In this document: positions 1-10,029 of the stretch, piece by piece
Position numbering within the stretch: position 1 is the first letter of the stretch
How the letters are laid out: each line of letters begins with the position of its first letter
IMG/VR virus record: IMGVR_UViG_3300017716_001697
Location: 64,001-128,000 of that record
Length of the DNA: 64,000 nucleotides
DNA from: a virus
Lineage: Duplodnaviria; Caudoviricetes
Reading direction: 5' to 3' (one strand)
Made by a program: the position numbers and the translations under genes
The notes under the pieces: generated by a model
The model's database searches: none
What the model was told of the DNA's origin: nothing
Seen by the model: the letters and a program-made list of their open reading frames with translations, nothing else

Positions 1-2
1 TA

Positions 3-404
3 ATCAGCATTGCATTAGTTGACGAAGATGAGAACTATTTTTATGCTGAACTTTCTGATACATACGAATTAAAGGATTGCTCGGAATTTGTCTTATCTAA
101 CGTACTGCCATATTTACGTGGCGGCAAATATGCAATGACATCATATGATTGCGCGTTGAGGCTAGGTGCATGGATTGAAGACCGTAATGTAGAATGCGTA
201 ATTATGACTGATGCACCTGGGTGGGATATGCCGCACGTAATTAAATTAATCGGCGATTACTGGCCTGCTAATTTAAAGAAAGAATGCATTGCTATTCGTG
301 TCCCATTTAATGTAGAACAAGAATTAGTGATTAAGTTTGACTACGATGTTCACAATGCTCTGGATGATGCAATGGTGATGAAGAAGGCAACCCTCGGTTA
401 TTGA
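3..404 (+). CDS. 3'-5' exonuclease, DEDDh family (5'-truncated by window)
   Basis: Frame is open from base 3 (ISIALVDEDENYFYAEL...); C-terminal HNALDDA ExoIII motif. Confidence 0.75.
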   Translation: MSIALVDEDENYFYAELSDTYELKDCSEFVLSNVLPYLRGGKYAMTSYDCALRLGAWIEDRNVECVIMTDAPGWDMPHVIKLIGDYWPANLKKECIAIRVPFNVEQELVIKFDYDVHNALDDAMVMKKATLGY

Positions 405-410
405 TAAATA
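403..410 (+). promoter_or_regulatory. late promoter motif GATAAATA (neck gene)
   Basis: Recurring intergenic motif, variant of the T4 late TATAAATA. Confidence 0.75.
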
Positions 411-436
411 ATGTATCACTGGAGAGATGATACGTT

Positions 437-1189
437 ATGTCCGCACAGATTACACCGAAAGTTTTGTTGAAGAAGCAAATCGAGCTTATGCTCGGTTCGC
501 AAATGGTTGACGTTGAATTAGACGTAGAGCATATTGATCTTGCCATAGCGATAGGAATCCAAAAATTGCGTCAGCAATCAGATGGATCAATGTTAGAGAA
601 GGATATTTTTCTACACATCACACGAGACATAACAGAGTATACTCTCCCTGAAGAGGTGCAAGAAGTAAGACGTCTATACCGCCGTGGTGTCGGTGCATAT
701 ACCAACGGTGGGGTAAACTTTGACCCGGTTGATGCTGCATTTTACAATATCTATTTGCTACAACCAAATAGATCTGGTGGTCTAGCAACTTGGGATTTAT
801 ATAATGGTTACCTAGAAACTGCAGAGCGTGTCTTTGCAAGTCAACTTAATTTCACTTGGGATGTCAACTCGCATAAACTGACTATTATTCGTCGTCCAAC
901 AGCCGATGAAGAAGTTTCTGTCAGAGTATATGCAAAGAAATCCGAAGACGATATTATAAACGATCCTTATACAGGTCCTTGGTTGCTAGCCTATTCTACT
1001 GCTAAAGCAAAATATATCTTAGGCGAAGCAAGAGATAAATTCCCTGGTGGATTCCCCGGCCCTAATGGAAATGTTATGTTAAATGGTGCCACCTTAAAGC
1101 AGGAGTCCCAAGTTGAAATTGACAAACTTGAAAAAGAGTTGTTAAATATGGTAACAAGTGGTGATGGATACGCATTTATTATCGGCTAA
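437..1189 (+). CDS. neck protein, T4 gp13-like
   Basis: Sequence pattern (ELMLG..VDVELD..HIDLAI; ILGEARDKF..PGPNG.V.LNG..LKQE); late motif upstream; structural context. Confidence 0.75.
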   Translation: MSAQITPKVLLKKQIELMLGSQMVDVELDVEHIDLAIAIGIQKLRQQSDGSMLEKDIFLHITRDITEYTLPEEVQEVRRLYRRGVGAYTNGGVNFDPVDAAFYNIYLLQPNRSGGLATWDLYNGYLETAERVFASQLNFTWDVNSHKLTIIRRPTADEEVSVRVYAKKSEDDIINDPYTGPWLLAYSTAKAKYILGEARDKFPGGFPGPNGNVMLNGATLKQESQVEIDKLEKELLNMVTSGDGYAFIIG

Positions 1190-1262
1190 ATAGCCTGTCT
1201 AAAACGCAAGCCCTTACGTTAAATTTTGTATAACTACATACAATTAACTTAAGGGCTTTCTT

Positions 1263-1919
1263 ATGATCATTGGGATATCGGGATTTATTAATAGTGGTAA
1301 GACAACAGTTGCAAATAGGTTAACAGAAAAATACGGATTTAGGAGAGACAGTTTTGCCACAAGCCTGAAAGACGCATGTGCAATGATATTCGATTGGCCA
1401 CGGCACTTAATTGAAGGTGACACCGGTGAATCAAGAGAATGGCGCGAACAAGTTGACGAGTGGTGGTCTGTAAAGTTGGGTATACCTAATTTTAGTCCTC
1501 GCCTAGCATTGCAGTTAATCGGAACAGATGCATTACGCAATCATTTCAACGAAGGACTATGGTTTCTTACATTAGAAAATCGTGTTCGCAAGAATCCCGA
1601 TCAGCACGTGGTTATCAGTGATGTAAGGTTTCCTAATGAGATAAAATTTATACAGGAGCATGGTGGCGCTATGGTTAAGGTAAACCGTGGCCCAACCCCG
1701 GTATGGTATGAAACTGCAATGTTGGCAAACAAGGGTAATTCTTTTGCTAAAGAAGCAATGGTTAAAACTTATTCAGGCGCACACTATAGCGAATGGGCAT
1801 GGGTGGGGACTGAGTTCGAATACGAAATTAATAATGACGGCACATTCGACGATTTAGTTGAAGGCACCGATTCGTTCATGGTGTTGTTAACTGAAGGTTT
1901 AAATCTTGCCGCTGTATAG
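1263..1919 (+). CDS. deoxynucleoside monophosphate kinase (T4 gp1-like)
   Basis: IIGISGFINSGKTT P-loop, SFATSLKD, PRLALQLIGTD, ISDVRFPNE. Confidence 0.9.
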   Translation: MIIGISGFINSGKTTVANRLTEKYGFRRDSFATSLKDACAMIFDWPRHLIEGDTGESREWREQVDEWWSVKLGIPNFSPRLALQLIGTDALRNHFNEGLWFLTLENRVRKNPDQHVVISDVRFPNEIKFIQEHGGAMVKVNRGPTPVWYETAMLANKGNSFAKEAMVKTYSGAHYSEWAWVGTEFEYEINNDGTFDDLVEGTDSFMVLLTEGLNLAAV

Positions 1920-1949
1920 ATAAATATTGCTTTATAATTGGGGAAACAA

Positions 1950-3236
1950 ATGACAAAATTAGCAGGTAGTATGAAACTTCAGGGAGTCACACTCGGCGCC
2001 ACTTCATCAATATTGACATCAGTGGGCACTGATGGCGGCACTACAGGTGGACTAACAATTAAAGGTGGGCCAGGTCCTGCTTACACCTATGCAGCAGAAT
2101 ATGAAGCATACGCTACGGACAATTATACATTGACTGCTACAGCGGTCGTGTATGCGTGGAACACATGGGTAGGTGAGAGAAGCGGCGAGTCTAATTTTGC
2201 TCACACTTACAGTTTCAACCCAAGTTACGCAATCAGTGCAATGACACAATTGGGTGTATTCCAGACAATCGGTGGATTCAATGAGGCAGTATATGCAGAA
2301 TATGTTGTTGATGCTCTTTCTACTCCGTTAGGCATCCCTGTTATGCAAGTCGGTGTAGAATCAGTTGCGGTGCCCGGCACAGGCTATCAGGCATCTTATC
2401 AGGTGTATTATACAAATGACGGGACTGTTGTTCAATTCCTAGACGGTGTAGATCAGGGCTCCTCGAGTGCGCCCACCTATGGTGCAGGTGACGTAATCGG
2501 CATGGTTGTATATCGGACTGCTTCGACATTTAGAATAACCTGGTTTAAGAATGGTGTATATGCCCAGGAGTCATTGACATTTGGCAACAATCTTGTGTTT
2601 TCAAGAACCCGCGTGAATATTGGCCAGATGGCAACCGGCTATCCGTATGGACCTATTAGGCACCCTGTTCCAACGCCTACTGTATATGCTACGATTACTA
2701 TCAGTTCTGACATAGCTGATGATTATGTCTATCCAGTGTCGTATGTAGATTGGTATCAAGGCCGCGGCCTTGCAGGGACCTATACACTTGTATCAACCGA
2801 GTTTGCTACAGGTACATCTGCGACATACTCGAATAGCAATAGATCGCTTACATATCCAGCCGCAATCGCACCATGGCCGCATGTTACGGAGATTTCCACC
2901 CGAGTTCATAGCATTGGCGACGGTACTATCTATGAAGTGCAGAACACCCCGGGTGATGCAACAACAACTATGTTAAGCAGAGTGGGCATAACAGCAACGG
3001 GTGTGGATGCATATTTTGATGCTGATTACGGTTCTGGTGGTTATGGTAACTATAATGTAGGCGACGTAATTGGTGTCGTTATTACTACTGCTGACGACGG
3101 CCTTAGCTCAACTATCTACTGGTTTGTTAATGGTGGTGCCACACCGTATACTAGCCAGGTCATTCCGAGCGCATTAACAGCATGGCAGATATATGTCGAA
3201 TTCGGAGAAGATATCTATCGTCCGCAACCAGCGTAA
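1950..3236 (+). CDS. virion protein with two SPRY/concanavalin-like repeats
   Basis: Duplicated Y..GDVIG.V....WF.NG motif; T/S/G/Y-rich; late motif at 1919; ATG 1950 follows GGGGA. Confidence 0.5.
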   Translation: MTKLAGSMKLQGVTLGATSSILTSVGTDGGTTGGLTIKGGPGPAYTYAAEYEAYATDNYTLTATAVVYAWNTWVGERSGESNFAHTYSFNPSYAISAMTQLGVFQTIGGFNEAVYAEYVVDALSTPLGIPVMQVGVESVAVPGTGYQASYQVYYTNDGTVVQFLDGVDQGSSSAPTYGAGDVIGMVVYRTASTFRITWFKNGVYAQESLTFGNNLVFSRTRVNIGQMATGYPYGPIRHPVPTPTVYATITISSDIADDYVYPVSYVDWYQGRGLAGTYTLVSTEFATGTSATYSNSNRSLTYPAAIAPWPHVTEISTRVHSIGDGTIYEVQNTPGDATTTMLSRVGITATGVDAYFDADYGSGGYGNYNVGDVIGVVITTADDGLSSTIYWFVNGGATPYTSQVIPSALTAWQIYVEFGEDIYRPQPA

Positions 3237-3298
3237 TACTAAAGGAGTTGAAGCGTATTTTAATTCGCTTCAATTACAGTGCCTTTAAGGCCATTGTT

Positions 3299-3306
3299 GA
3301 TAAATA
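3299..3306 (+). promoter_or_regulatory. late promoter motif GATAAATA (sheath)
   Basis: Recurring intergenic motif. Confidence 0.8.
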
Positions 3307-3347
3307 CTGCTAACAAGAAGAAAGTCTTCAATAGGAGTTAAACAACA

Positions 3348-5897
3348 ATGGCTACATTAGTATCACCGGGCGTAAGTATTTCAGTTATTGATCAATCGAT
3401 CAATGTAGGTGCTGGCCCCGGTACCATCCCGCTAATTTTCATAGCGACACAAGAGAATAAATCCGATCCAGCAGGTACTTCAGTTGCCCCTGGCACATTG
3501 AAAGTAAATGCCGGTAAGGTATATTCCATTACTTCTCAACGTGATTTAGTTTCTACATTCGGCGACCCTATATTCTATGATGTTAGTGGAAGTTCTTTAA
3601 ATGGATATCCATTAAACGAATACGGCCTATTAGCCGCATATTCGTATCTAGGTATTTCTAATCTTTGCCGAGTTGTTCGCGCCGATATTGACTTAACACA
3701 ACTAGAGGCAACACCACTTACACCAACAAGTCCTGCGGCTATTGGCACATATTGGTTTGATGAATCTTCTAGTGGCTCTGTATACGGATTGTTTACTCGT
3801 TCTGGTACATTCCCTAACGAAATTTGGTCTACAGCAGTTATTAATTTTAAATATAACTTTTCTACAGGCACCACAAACACTCCAGTAGCAACTGATGGTG
3901 TTGTAGGCAATCATGCAATTGTATTTCAGACACTGTCTGGTATAACCACATACTGGGTTAAAACTGGCGTAGCAACATGGACACAATTAACTGGTAGCTC
4001 TGGCCCAACAAGTGTTGTAATTCAGTCTGTATGGCCCGACCTTACAAATGTCTTAACAACACAACAATATTGGATTAAGACAACTGCTCCTGCACAAGGC
4101 GCTAACATGGTATTACGTAGAATGGATGCATCATTGGGCGCATTTGTTCAGATTGAAGCACCACTTCTTGCAAGTGATGCGGCAGCTGATACATATTATA
4201 GCACCGACGCATTAGGATCAACAGGTCAAATCTACATTAGATATACCGCTAATTCTTTCGAATTTAGAAAATCCACAGGTGCTACATTGTCTTGGGTACC
4301 GTTGACAACAATTATTGGTTCTAGTGCAGTTCCCACACAAGGTCCTGCTAATGGACAAATGTGGTTTAATGCACTTTTAGGCTTAACAAGCACCGGTATG
4401 TCGACAATTGATATTATGGTTGCCGACGGAATCGGATCATGGCAAAATATTAATCTTCCTGGATTCTCTGGATTATCGGTGCCTGTCGGCTCTGTCACAT
4501 TGTATCCACAGGCAGATGATCCTCAAGATAATGTTCCTACACCTACATTGAACAGCGGTGATATCTGGGTAAAAACTTCGGCAGATCCATATCCGGTTAT
4601 CAACCGTTGGAATGGTACAACATGGACACTTGTTAGCAACGTAGATCAGACAACACCATATGGTATTATTTTCACTGATGCAAGATCTAACCCGATGTAT
4701 CATGACGGAATCTATTCTGGACAGAACAACAGCGGCGGTGTGAATCCGGACTTAGATCCAGATGCACCACAGGCTGCATTGTATCCGAAAGGATTCATGT
4801 TGTGGAATACTCGTTATTCTTCGAACAATGTCAAGACATGGGACTCACCATATGTGTACAATGGCGTGACAGCAGAGCCAGATGATACAAACAACGGTTC
4901 CCTAGGTCGCTGGGTTAATACATCGGGTAATAATGCCGGCGGAGCACCATACATGGGTGCAACTGCACAGCAAATTGCTATCACAAAGGCCATTCAGTAT
5001 GTTATTACAACTAATGATGAAATTCGTGCAGAAGACTTATTCTACAACTTAATTGCAGCACCTGGTTTTGTCGAAGCAATCGACGAAATGCTTGTATTGA
5101 ATGACGATCGTAGAAATACTGCCTTCGTTGTAGGTGATACACCATTCACATTGAATGCGACAGGTACATCGTTACAAAACTGGGCAACGAACGCCAGTGT
5201 TGCATACGGTAACGGTCCGGATGGACTTGTATCTGCTAGCAAGTATTTTGCTACATGGTATCCAAGTGGATTGAGCACAAACGTAGACGGAACAGATGTT
5301 GTTGTACCACCATCACACATGGCATTGCGTACAATTGCATATAACGATCAAGTTTCATACCCATGGTTCGCACCAGCAGGTTTGCAGCGTGGTATTGTTA
5401 ACAATGCGGCAGCAGTTGGATATGTTAACGCAAATGGTCAATTTATCCCTACCAAGTTGAGTGAAGGTCAACGTGACATCTTGTATATCAACGGTATTAA
5501 TCCAATTCGTACAATGCCTACAGGCGGTATTGTTGTATTTGGACAGAAGACTCGTCAACCGTATGCAAGTGCTACTGATCGTATCAACGTTGTTCGTTTA
5601 GAAAACTATCTTCGTTATCAATTGAACAACTTGGCAACACCATTCTTGTTCGAGCCTAACGATACAACAACACGTAAAGCAGTTAAGGATTCGTTTGACA
5701 GATTCTTAGCAGAATTGATTACATTGCGTGGACTATATGACTTCTTGGTTGTGTGCGATTTAAGCAATAACACACCTGCAAGAATTGACAGAAATGAATT
5801 GTGGATTGATATTGCTATTCAACCAGTTAAGGCAATCGAATTTATTTATATTCCAATCCGTATCAAGAATACTGGATCTAGCTTAACATCGGCTTAA
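3348..5897 (+). CDS. tail sheath protein (gp18-like)
   Basis: MATLVSPGVSISVID N-terminus; PPSH, WFAPAGLQRG, INPI, DRINVVRL, IQPVKAIEFIYI C-terminal motifs. Confidence 0.97.
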   Translation: MATLVSPGVSISVIDQSINVGAGPGTIPLIFIATQENKSDPAGTSVAPGTLKVNAGKVYSITSQRDLVSTFGDPIFYDVSGSSLNGYPLNEYGLLAAYSYLGISNLCRVVRADIDLTQLEATPLTPTSPAAIGTYWFDESSSGSVYGLFTRSGTFPNEIWSTAVINFKYNFSTGTTNTPVATDGVVGNHAIVFQTLSGITTYWVKTGVATWTQLTGSSGPTSVVIQSVWPDLTNVLTTQQYWIKTTAPAQGANMVLRRMDASLGAFVQIEAPLLASDAAADTYYSTDALGSTGQIYIRYTANSFEFRKSTGATLSWVPLTTIIGSSAVPTQGPANGQMWFNALLGLTSTGMSTIDIMVADGIGSWQNINLPGFSGLSVPVGSVTLYPQADDPQDNVPTPTLNSGDIWVKTSADPYPVINRWNGTTWTLVSNVDQTTPYGIIFTDARSNPMYHDGIYSGQNNSGGVNPDLDPDAPQAALYPKGFMLWNTRYSSNNVKTWDSPYVYNGVTAEPDDTNNGSLGRWVNTSGNNAGGAPYMGATAQQIAITKAIQYVITTNDEIRAEDLFYNLIAAPGFVEAIDEMLVLNDDRRNTAFVVGDTPFTLNATGTSLQNWATNASVAYGNGPDGLVSASKYFATWYPSGLSTNVDGTDVVVPPSHMALRTIAYNDQVSYPWFAPAGLQRGIVNNAAAVGYVNANGQFIPTKLSEGQRDILYINGINPIRTMPTGGIVVFGQKTRQPYASATDRINVVRLENYLRYQLNNLATPFLFEPNDTTTRKAVKDSFDRFLAELITLRGLYDFLVVCDLSNNTPARIDRNELWIDIAIQPVKAIEFIYIPIRIKNTGSSLTSA

Positions 5898-5910
5898 CAG
5901 TCAAATTTTA

Positions 5911-5949
5911 AAGAATACCGCCATACTAAACCATGGCGGTATTCTTTTG
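5911..5949 (+). terminator. intrinsic terminator after sheath
   Basis: AAGAATACCGCCA / TGGCGGTATTCTT stem + T run. Confidence 0.85.
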
Positions 5950-5985
5950 TGTAATTAAACCACCGGTAAAAAAATTATCAATTTT

Positions 5986-5993
5986 GATAAATA
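5986..5993 (+). promoter_or_regulatory. late promoter motif GATAAATA (tube)
   Basis: Recurring intergenic motif. Confidence 0.8.
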
Positions 5994-6021
5994 GTATTAG
6001 CTTTTACAGCAGGAGAAACAG

Positions 6022-6636
6022 ATGGCAAATTTATCCAAATTCGGTATTCCACTAGACGGAAGCAAGCTAGGTATTCTACATCCTAAGCAGAAATATCGCT
6101 TCAGAGTAGTCTGGCAGAATTTCGGCGAGAACAACGGATTGCGAGAAATGACACAGAACGTGATGACAGTCACACGTCCAAAGGTAACATATGAAGAAGT
6201 TAAGTTAGATTCATATAATTCTGTGGCATGGATTCAAGGTAAGCATTCTTTTGATCCAGTCGAAGTTAAATTACGTGACGACATTACTAATTCTGTTATT
6301 TCGTCAGTCGGTGCACAAGTACAGAAACAAATGAATCACTTTGAACAGACAAGTGCTGTCGCAGGTATTAACTATAAGTTTGCGATGGAAATTCACTCGT
6401 TAGATGGTACAGACAACGAGCAATTAGAGTCGTGGGTATTAGACGGTTGCTGGATCCAACAAGCAACATACAGCGATGCTGATTATGCATCCGGCGATCC
6501 TAACGAAGTTACATTAACTATTAGATTCGATAATGCAACTAACGTTTCTGGTCCAAATACAAACAATGGTACAACAGTCGGCGGAAATCCATATCCAAAT
6601 ATTGCATCGCCAACCGGCGGCACAACCTTCGCTTAA
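6022..6636 (+). CDS. tail tube protein (gp19-like)
   Basis: Follows sheath; KYRFRV, RPKV.YEE, W.LDGCW, LTIRFDNA. Confidence 0.85.
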   Translation: MANLSKFGIPLDGSKLGILHPKQKYRFRVVWQNFGENNGLREMTQNVMTVTRPKVTYEEVKLDSYNSVAWIQGKHSFDPVEVKLRDDITNSVISSVGAQVQKQMNHFEQTSAVAGINYKFAMEIHSLDGTDNEQLESWVLDGCWIQQATYSDADYASGDPNEVTLTIRFDNATNVSGPNTNNGTTVGGNPYPNIASPTGGTTFA

Positions 6637-6659
6637 ACCCGAAGAAATGGAGGCTGAAC

Positions 6660-7925
6660 ATGCCTAGCTTTTCAAGCCTATTTACATCGCTGACCGGGGG
6701 AGGTTTCTATTATGAGAAATCCCCTCGTCACGCATCTTATAATTTCAATCAGGAATCTACTACCTTATATAGGAATCAGCCTAGATTCCCGTTTGAATAT
6801 TACATAGACATAAAGTTAAATAAGACAGGAACATCCGGAGAATATATCTCTAAGTATTTCAACAATGCTTCATGGGCGCAAATTGCACCACTAGTGAAGA
6901 GTGTTGAAATGCCTTCTATGAAAATTGAATCAACTATCGTAAATCAGTATAATAGAAAGCGTGTTGGTCAATCTACGTTAAAATATGAACCTATAAAGAT
7001 GGTGTTTCACGATGTAGTTGACGGTAAGACCCTGAAATTCTGGGATATGTATTATAGGTATTACTTTGCTGACGGTAACGAAGCTAAAGTAAATATGGCA
7101 CCTATACAAGAGAAGCAAAATGCAACAATGAGTGTTGAAACACTCATACACAATCTTACGCCACAGATAAATCCTAATATTGCAAATTTACCGGGTAGTA
7201 TAAAAGACCTGTTCCAGAATAAATCACCTACGGTGAGTTCTCCCACAAATACAAATGGCCAAAAAAATCAGATGCAGAATATTATTACTGATACGTTAGA
7301 TAATCATAATTTTGGATTTAACTTACCTGTGGTACAGAATGCACGAAACTTGATTCAGACTATCGACATATATCAGGTACATGCCGGGCGCTTCAACAGG
7401 GTAACATTGGTGAATCCACGTATATCTGCATTTACACACGATGTACTGAATTATGCACATACTGATAAGACGTTAGAGTTAACATTCACATTCGAGTATG
7501 AATATGTTTATTATACCATACAAAATATGAAGTTAGGTGGATCTGAAGAAAATAACGGCTCTACAATTAACCAATATACACACGGTGATTTCTTAGAATT
7601 ACCTGCGTTAGCATTCAATGCGCAGGTATTAGATTTTATAGAGTCAAATAATCCATTATTACAGTCGGATAATCCTATATTACAGGGTATCGGTAAGAAC
7701 GTGCAAGCTTCTATAGGTAATGTCACTAGTGCATTTATCTCTGATAAGATAGTGAGAAAAGTAAGCAGCAGTGTTAGTTCGCTGGCGAATACCGTGCAGC
7801 TATTTCCTAAACCGTATGTTAATAATATCGTACCGACACCGCAGGCCCGCCCATTTAAATCGGCAGCAACACCTGTAACCGGGCAATACCAAGACATAAA
7901 TAGGGCAAGTATAAAACGTGGCTAA
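6660..7925 (+). CDS. tail tube-like / baseplate-tube initiator protein (gp54/gp48-like)
   Basis: VKSVEMP, NQYNRKR, YEPIKMVFHD, LTFEYE tube-fold motifs. Confidence 0.55.
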   Translation: MPSFSSLFTSLTGGGFYYEKSPRHASYNFNQESTTLYRNQPRFPFEYYIDIKLNKTGTSGEYISKYFNNASWAQIAPLVKSVEMPSMKIESTIVNQYNRKRVGQSTLKYEPIKMVFHDVVDGKTLKFWDMYYRYYFADGNEAKVNMAPIQEKQNATMSVETLIHNLTPQINPNIANLPGSIKDLFQNKSPTVSSPTNTNGQKNQMQNIITDTLDNHNFGFNLPVVQNARNLIQTIDIYQVHAGRFNRVTLVNPRISAFTHDVLNYAHTDKTLELTFTFEYEYVYYTIQNMKLGGSEENNGSTINQYTHGDFLELPALAFNAQVLDFIESNNPLLQSDNPILQGIGKNVQASIGNVTSAFISDKIVRKVSSSVSSLANTVQLFPKPYVNNIVPTPQARPFKSAATPVTGQYQDINRASIKRG

Positions 7926-8391
7926 TTCTAACATAGCTTCTCTTGGGCGAATGAGTTCGCAGATGCTTACGTATCTCGGAACTCAACGAACAATACAGAA
8001 CGTCGGTGGATCTTATGTTAATACATTCAAGTATGTATACGGACCTACCACGTTTGTTGATGCAGGTTCGTTACTTCAGTCTAAATTGGGTGGTGGTGTC
8101 GTAGGTAATTTTTCGCCAACATCGTTTGATTCAACAATGTCTTATTTCTTAGCTAGAAGTATGGGTTCAATGTATGCAGAAACGATGACTGCATTAGCAT
8201 TGGATATTGCAGCCACAATTGGCATAAGCCCGCAAGCATTGTTAGAACGATCCGATACCAGTTTGGGAATGACATTGCCACCTAATGCTTACAGAGTCTT
8301 TAACGAATTGCGAGATCCTACACACCAAGTCGGCACAATTACCACCGTTACTAACAAACAAAGCTTGCAGGCGAGAGCGATAAGGTCGTAA
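7918..8391 (+). CDS. hypothetical virion protein
   Basis: 157-aa ORF coupled to neighbours in the tail operon. Confidence 0.5.
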   Translation: MANSNIASLGRMSSQMLTYLGTQRTIQNVGGSYVNTFKYVYGPTTFVDAGSLLQSKLGGGVVGNFSPTSFDSTMSYFLARSMGSMYAETMTALALDIAATIGISPQALLERSDTSLGMTLPPNAYRVFNELRDPTHQVGTITTVTNKQSLQARAIRS

Positions 8392-8826
8392 ATGCCATCT
8401 TATGTACAAGGCCTGTATAAACCTGTAAATCCTAGTAAATATGTAGGCACATACCCTATACATTTTAGATCATCGTGGGAATTTAAGGTGATGCAAATGT
8501 TTGATTCTAATCCTAATATAACTAGCTGGGCCAGCGAATCCCTTAAAATACCTTACAGGAATCCCTTCACCGGTAAATATACCGTGTATATACCTGATTT
8601 CGTTGTTACCTATACTGATGCTAATGGAAAGAACCGTGCAGAAATTATAGAGGTAAAGCCTGCTAAAGAAACATTTCTCGAACAGGCTAAGACAGCACGA
8701 TCCAAAGCCGCAGTAGCATTGAACGCATTCAAGTGGGCAGCAGCACAGGCATTTGCTAAAACACATGGAATGACATTCCGCGTGATGAATGAAGATAACA
8801 TTTTTAACAACCCTAAACGGAAATAA
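8392..8826 (+). CDS. head completion nuclease (T4 gp4-like, TnsA-type fold)
   Basis: YKPVNPSKYVG, FRSSWE, WASE..IPY, YIPDF, EVKP. Confidence 0.9.
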   Translation: MPSYVQGLYKPVNPSKYVGTYPIHFRSSWEFKVMQMFDSNPNITSWASESLKIPYRNPFTGKYTVYIPDFVVTYTDANGKNRAEIIEVKPAKETFLEQAKTARSKAAVALNAFKWAAAQAFAKTHGMTFRVMNEDNIFNNPKRK

Positions 8827-8828
8827 TA

Positions 8829-9341
8829 GTGACTAAGAAATTAGAGGATTTTTTTAATCTACCACCTACACAGGAAACTAGTGTCGATGAAGAGATTGAT
8901 ATAGAGACGCAGAATGCTGAATTAATGTCTGATACGTTACCTTCTTTCTCCTCTATTTCGACTGCTGAGAAAGTGGATTATGCATTACCTGTTGTTGTTG
9001 GGTTAGACACGCATGACAACGAGATGGACACAATATCTAAGAAAGCTATGCAAACGTTTGAAGATCTTATATCGTTGGGTGGTAATGTACCAGATATGCA
9101 TGCTGGAAAGATATACGAAGTCGCTGGTCAAATGCTTAAGACAGCAATGGACGCCAAAATATCAAAAGCTGATAAGAAATTAAAGATGATTGAATTGCAA
9201 CTTAAGAAGGTTCGTGCAGAGCAAATAGACTTCGATCTAGGTAACGGATCATCAAAAGGCGGCCAAGGTGGCGAATTCGACCGTAATGAACTACTCAAGT
9301 ATATCGTTAGTACAAAGAAATCAGAAAATTCTGATAAATAG
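8829..9341 (+). CDS. hypothetical protein, possible terminase small subunit
   Basis: Helical 170-aa ORF upstream of terL; the function is a positional guess. Confidence 0.4.
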   Translation: MTKKLEDFFNLPPTQETSVDEEIDIETQNAELMSDTLPSFSSISTAEKVDYALPVVVGLDTHDNEMDTISKKAMQTFEDLISLGGNVPDMHAGKIYEVAGQMLKTAMDAKISKADKKLKMIELQLKKVRAEQIDFDLGNGSSKGGQGGEFDRNELLKYIVSTKKSENSDK

Positions 9342-9363
9342 TCCTATAAACGGAGTTGCCAAT

Positions 9364-10029
9364 ATGGTAGAAAAGAAATCATTTGTTAGTTATGTAGCAG
9401 AAACGAAAACAGAATACAAATACGTGCTTAAATTTGCAGTGCATGATATGTCAAACCAAATGGTTGATATGTTAGAGGCAAGTCTTAAGAAATACGAGCT
9501 TGTTACTGCATCTGCTTTTAGGCAAACACCTATCCAGGAAAATCCACTAGATTTTCCTAATGTAAAAAACACCCCTGTATTCATTTGTAATATTACTATG
9601 GGATATCCTGCTTCGCTGGATTTCTTAAGAACCTATGTATGCAACAGTATGGGAATCTCACCGGAATTATTAGCTGTCTATTCAGAGAATGATCCACGTC
9701 AGATAGAAACTGATTTATACATTGATAGAAATTCAGAAGAATATAAGAAGAGTTACAAGGCCCGCCTTGGCACTGATTATGAACAAACTGATGCACCCGA
9801 GTACGGTGAGAAATATAACATCGGATTTTTACAGGAACTGGAGAAAGTCCGTAAAGAACGACAGGCTACTGTAGTGGATAATCCATTAAGCCCTAAAGAA
9901 AAGACAGATCATTCTACATTACCGGGTGATTACGATAGCTTTAACGATGCTAAGAATTTAAAGAAAGACGATTTGGGCTTATTCGGAAGAGTAAAGAAAG
10001 CTAATCTGCTTAAGACTGGAGTATTATAA
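9364..10029 (+). CDS. late hypothetical (probable head-associated) protein
   Basis: GGAG + ATG 9364, GATAAATA at 9333; N-terminal KSFVSYVAE resembles the T4 capsid-targeting sequence. Confidence 0.6.
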   Translation: MVEKKSFVSYVAETKTEYKYVLKFAVHDMSNQMVDMLEASLKKYELVTASAFRQTPIQENPLDFPNVKNTPVFICNITMGYPASLDFLRTYVCNSMGISPELLAVYSENDPRQIETDLYIDRNSEEYKKSYKARLGTDYEQTDAPEYGEKYNIGFLQELEKVRKERQATVVDNPLSPKEKTDHSTLPGDYDSFNDAKNLKKDDLGLFGRVKKANLLKTGVL

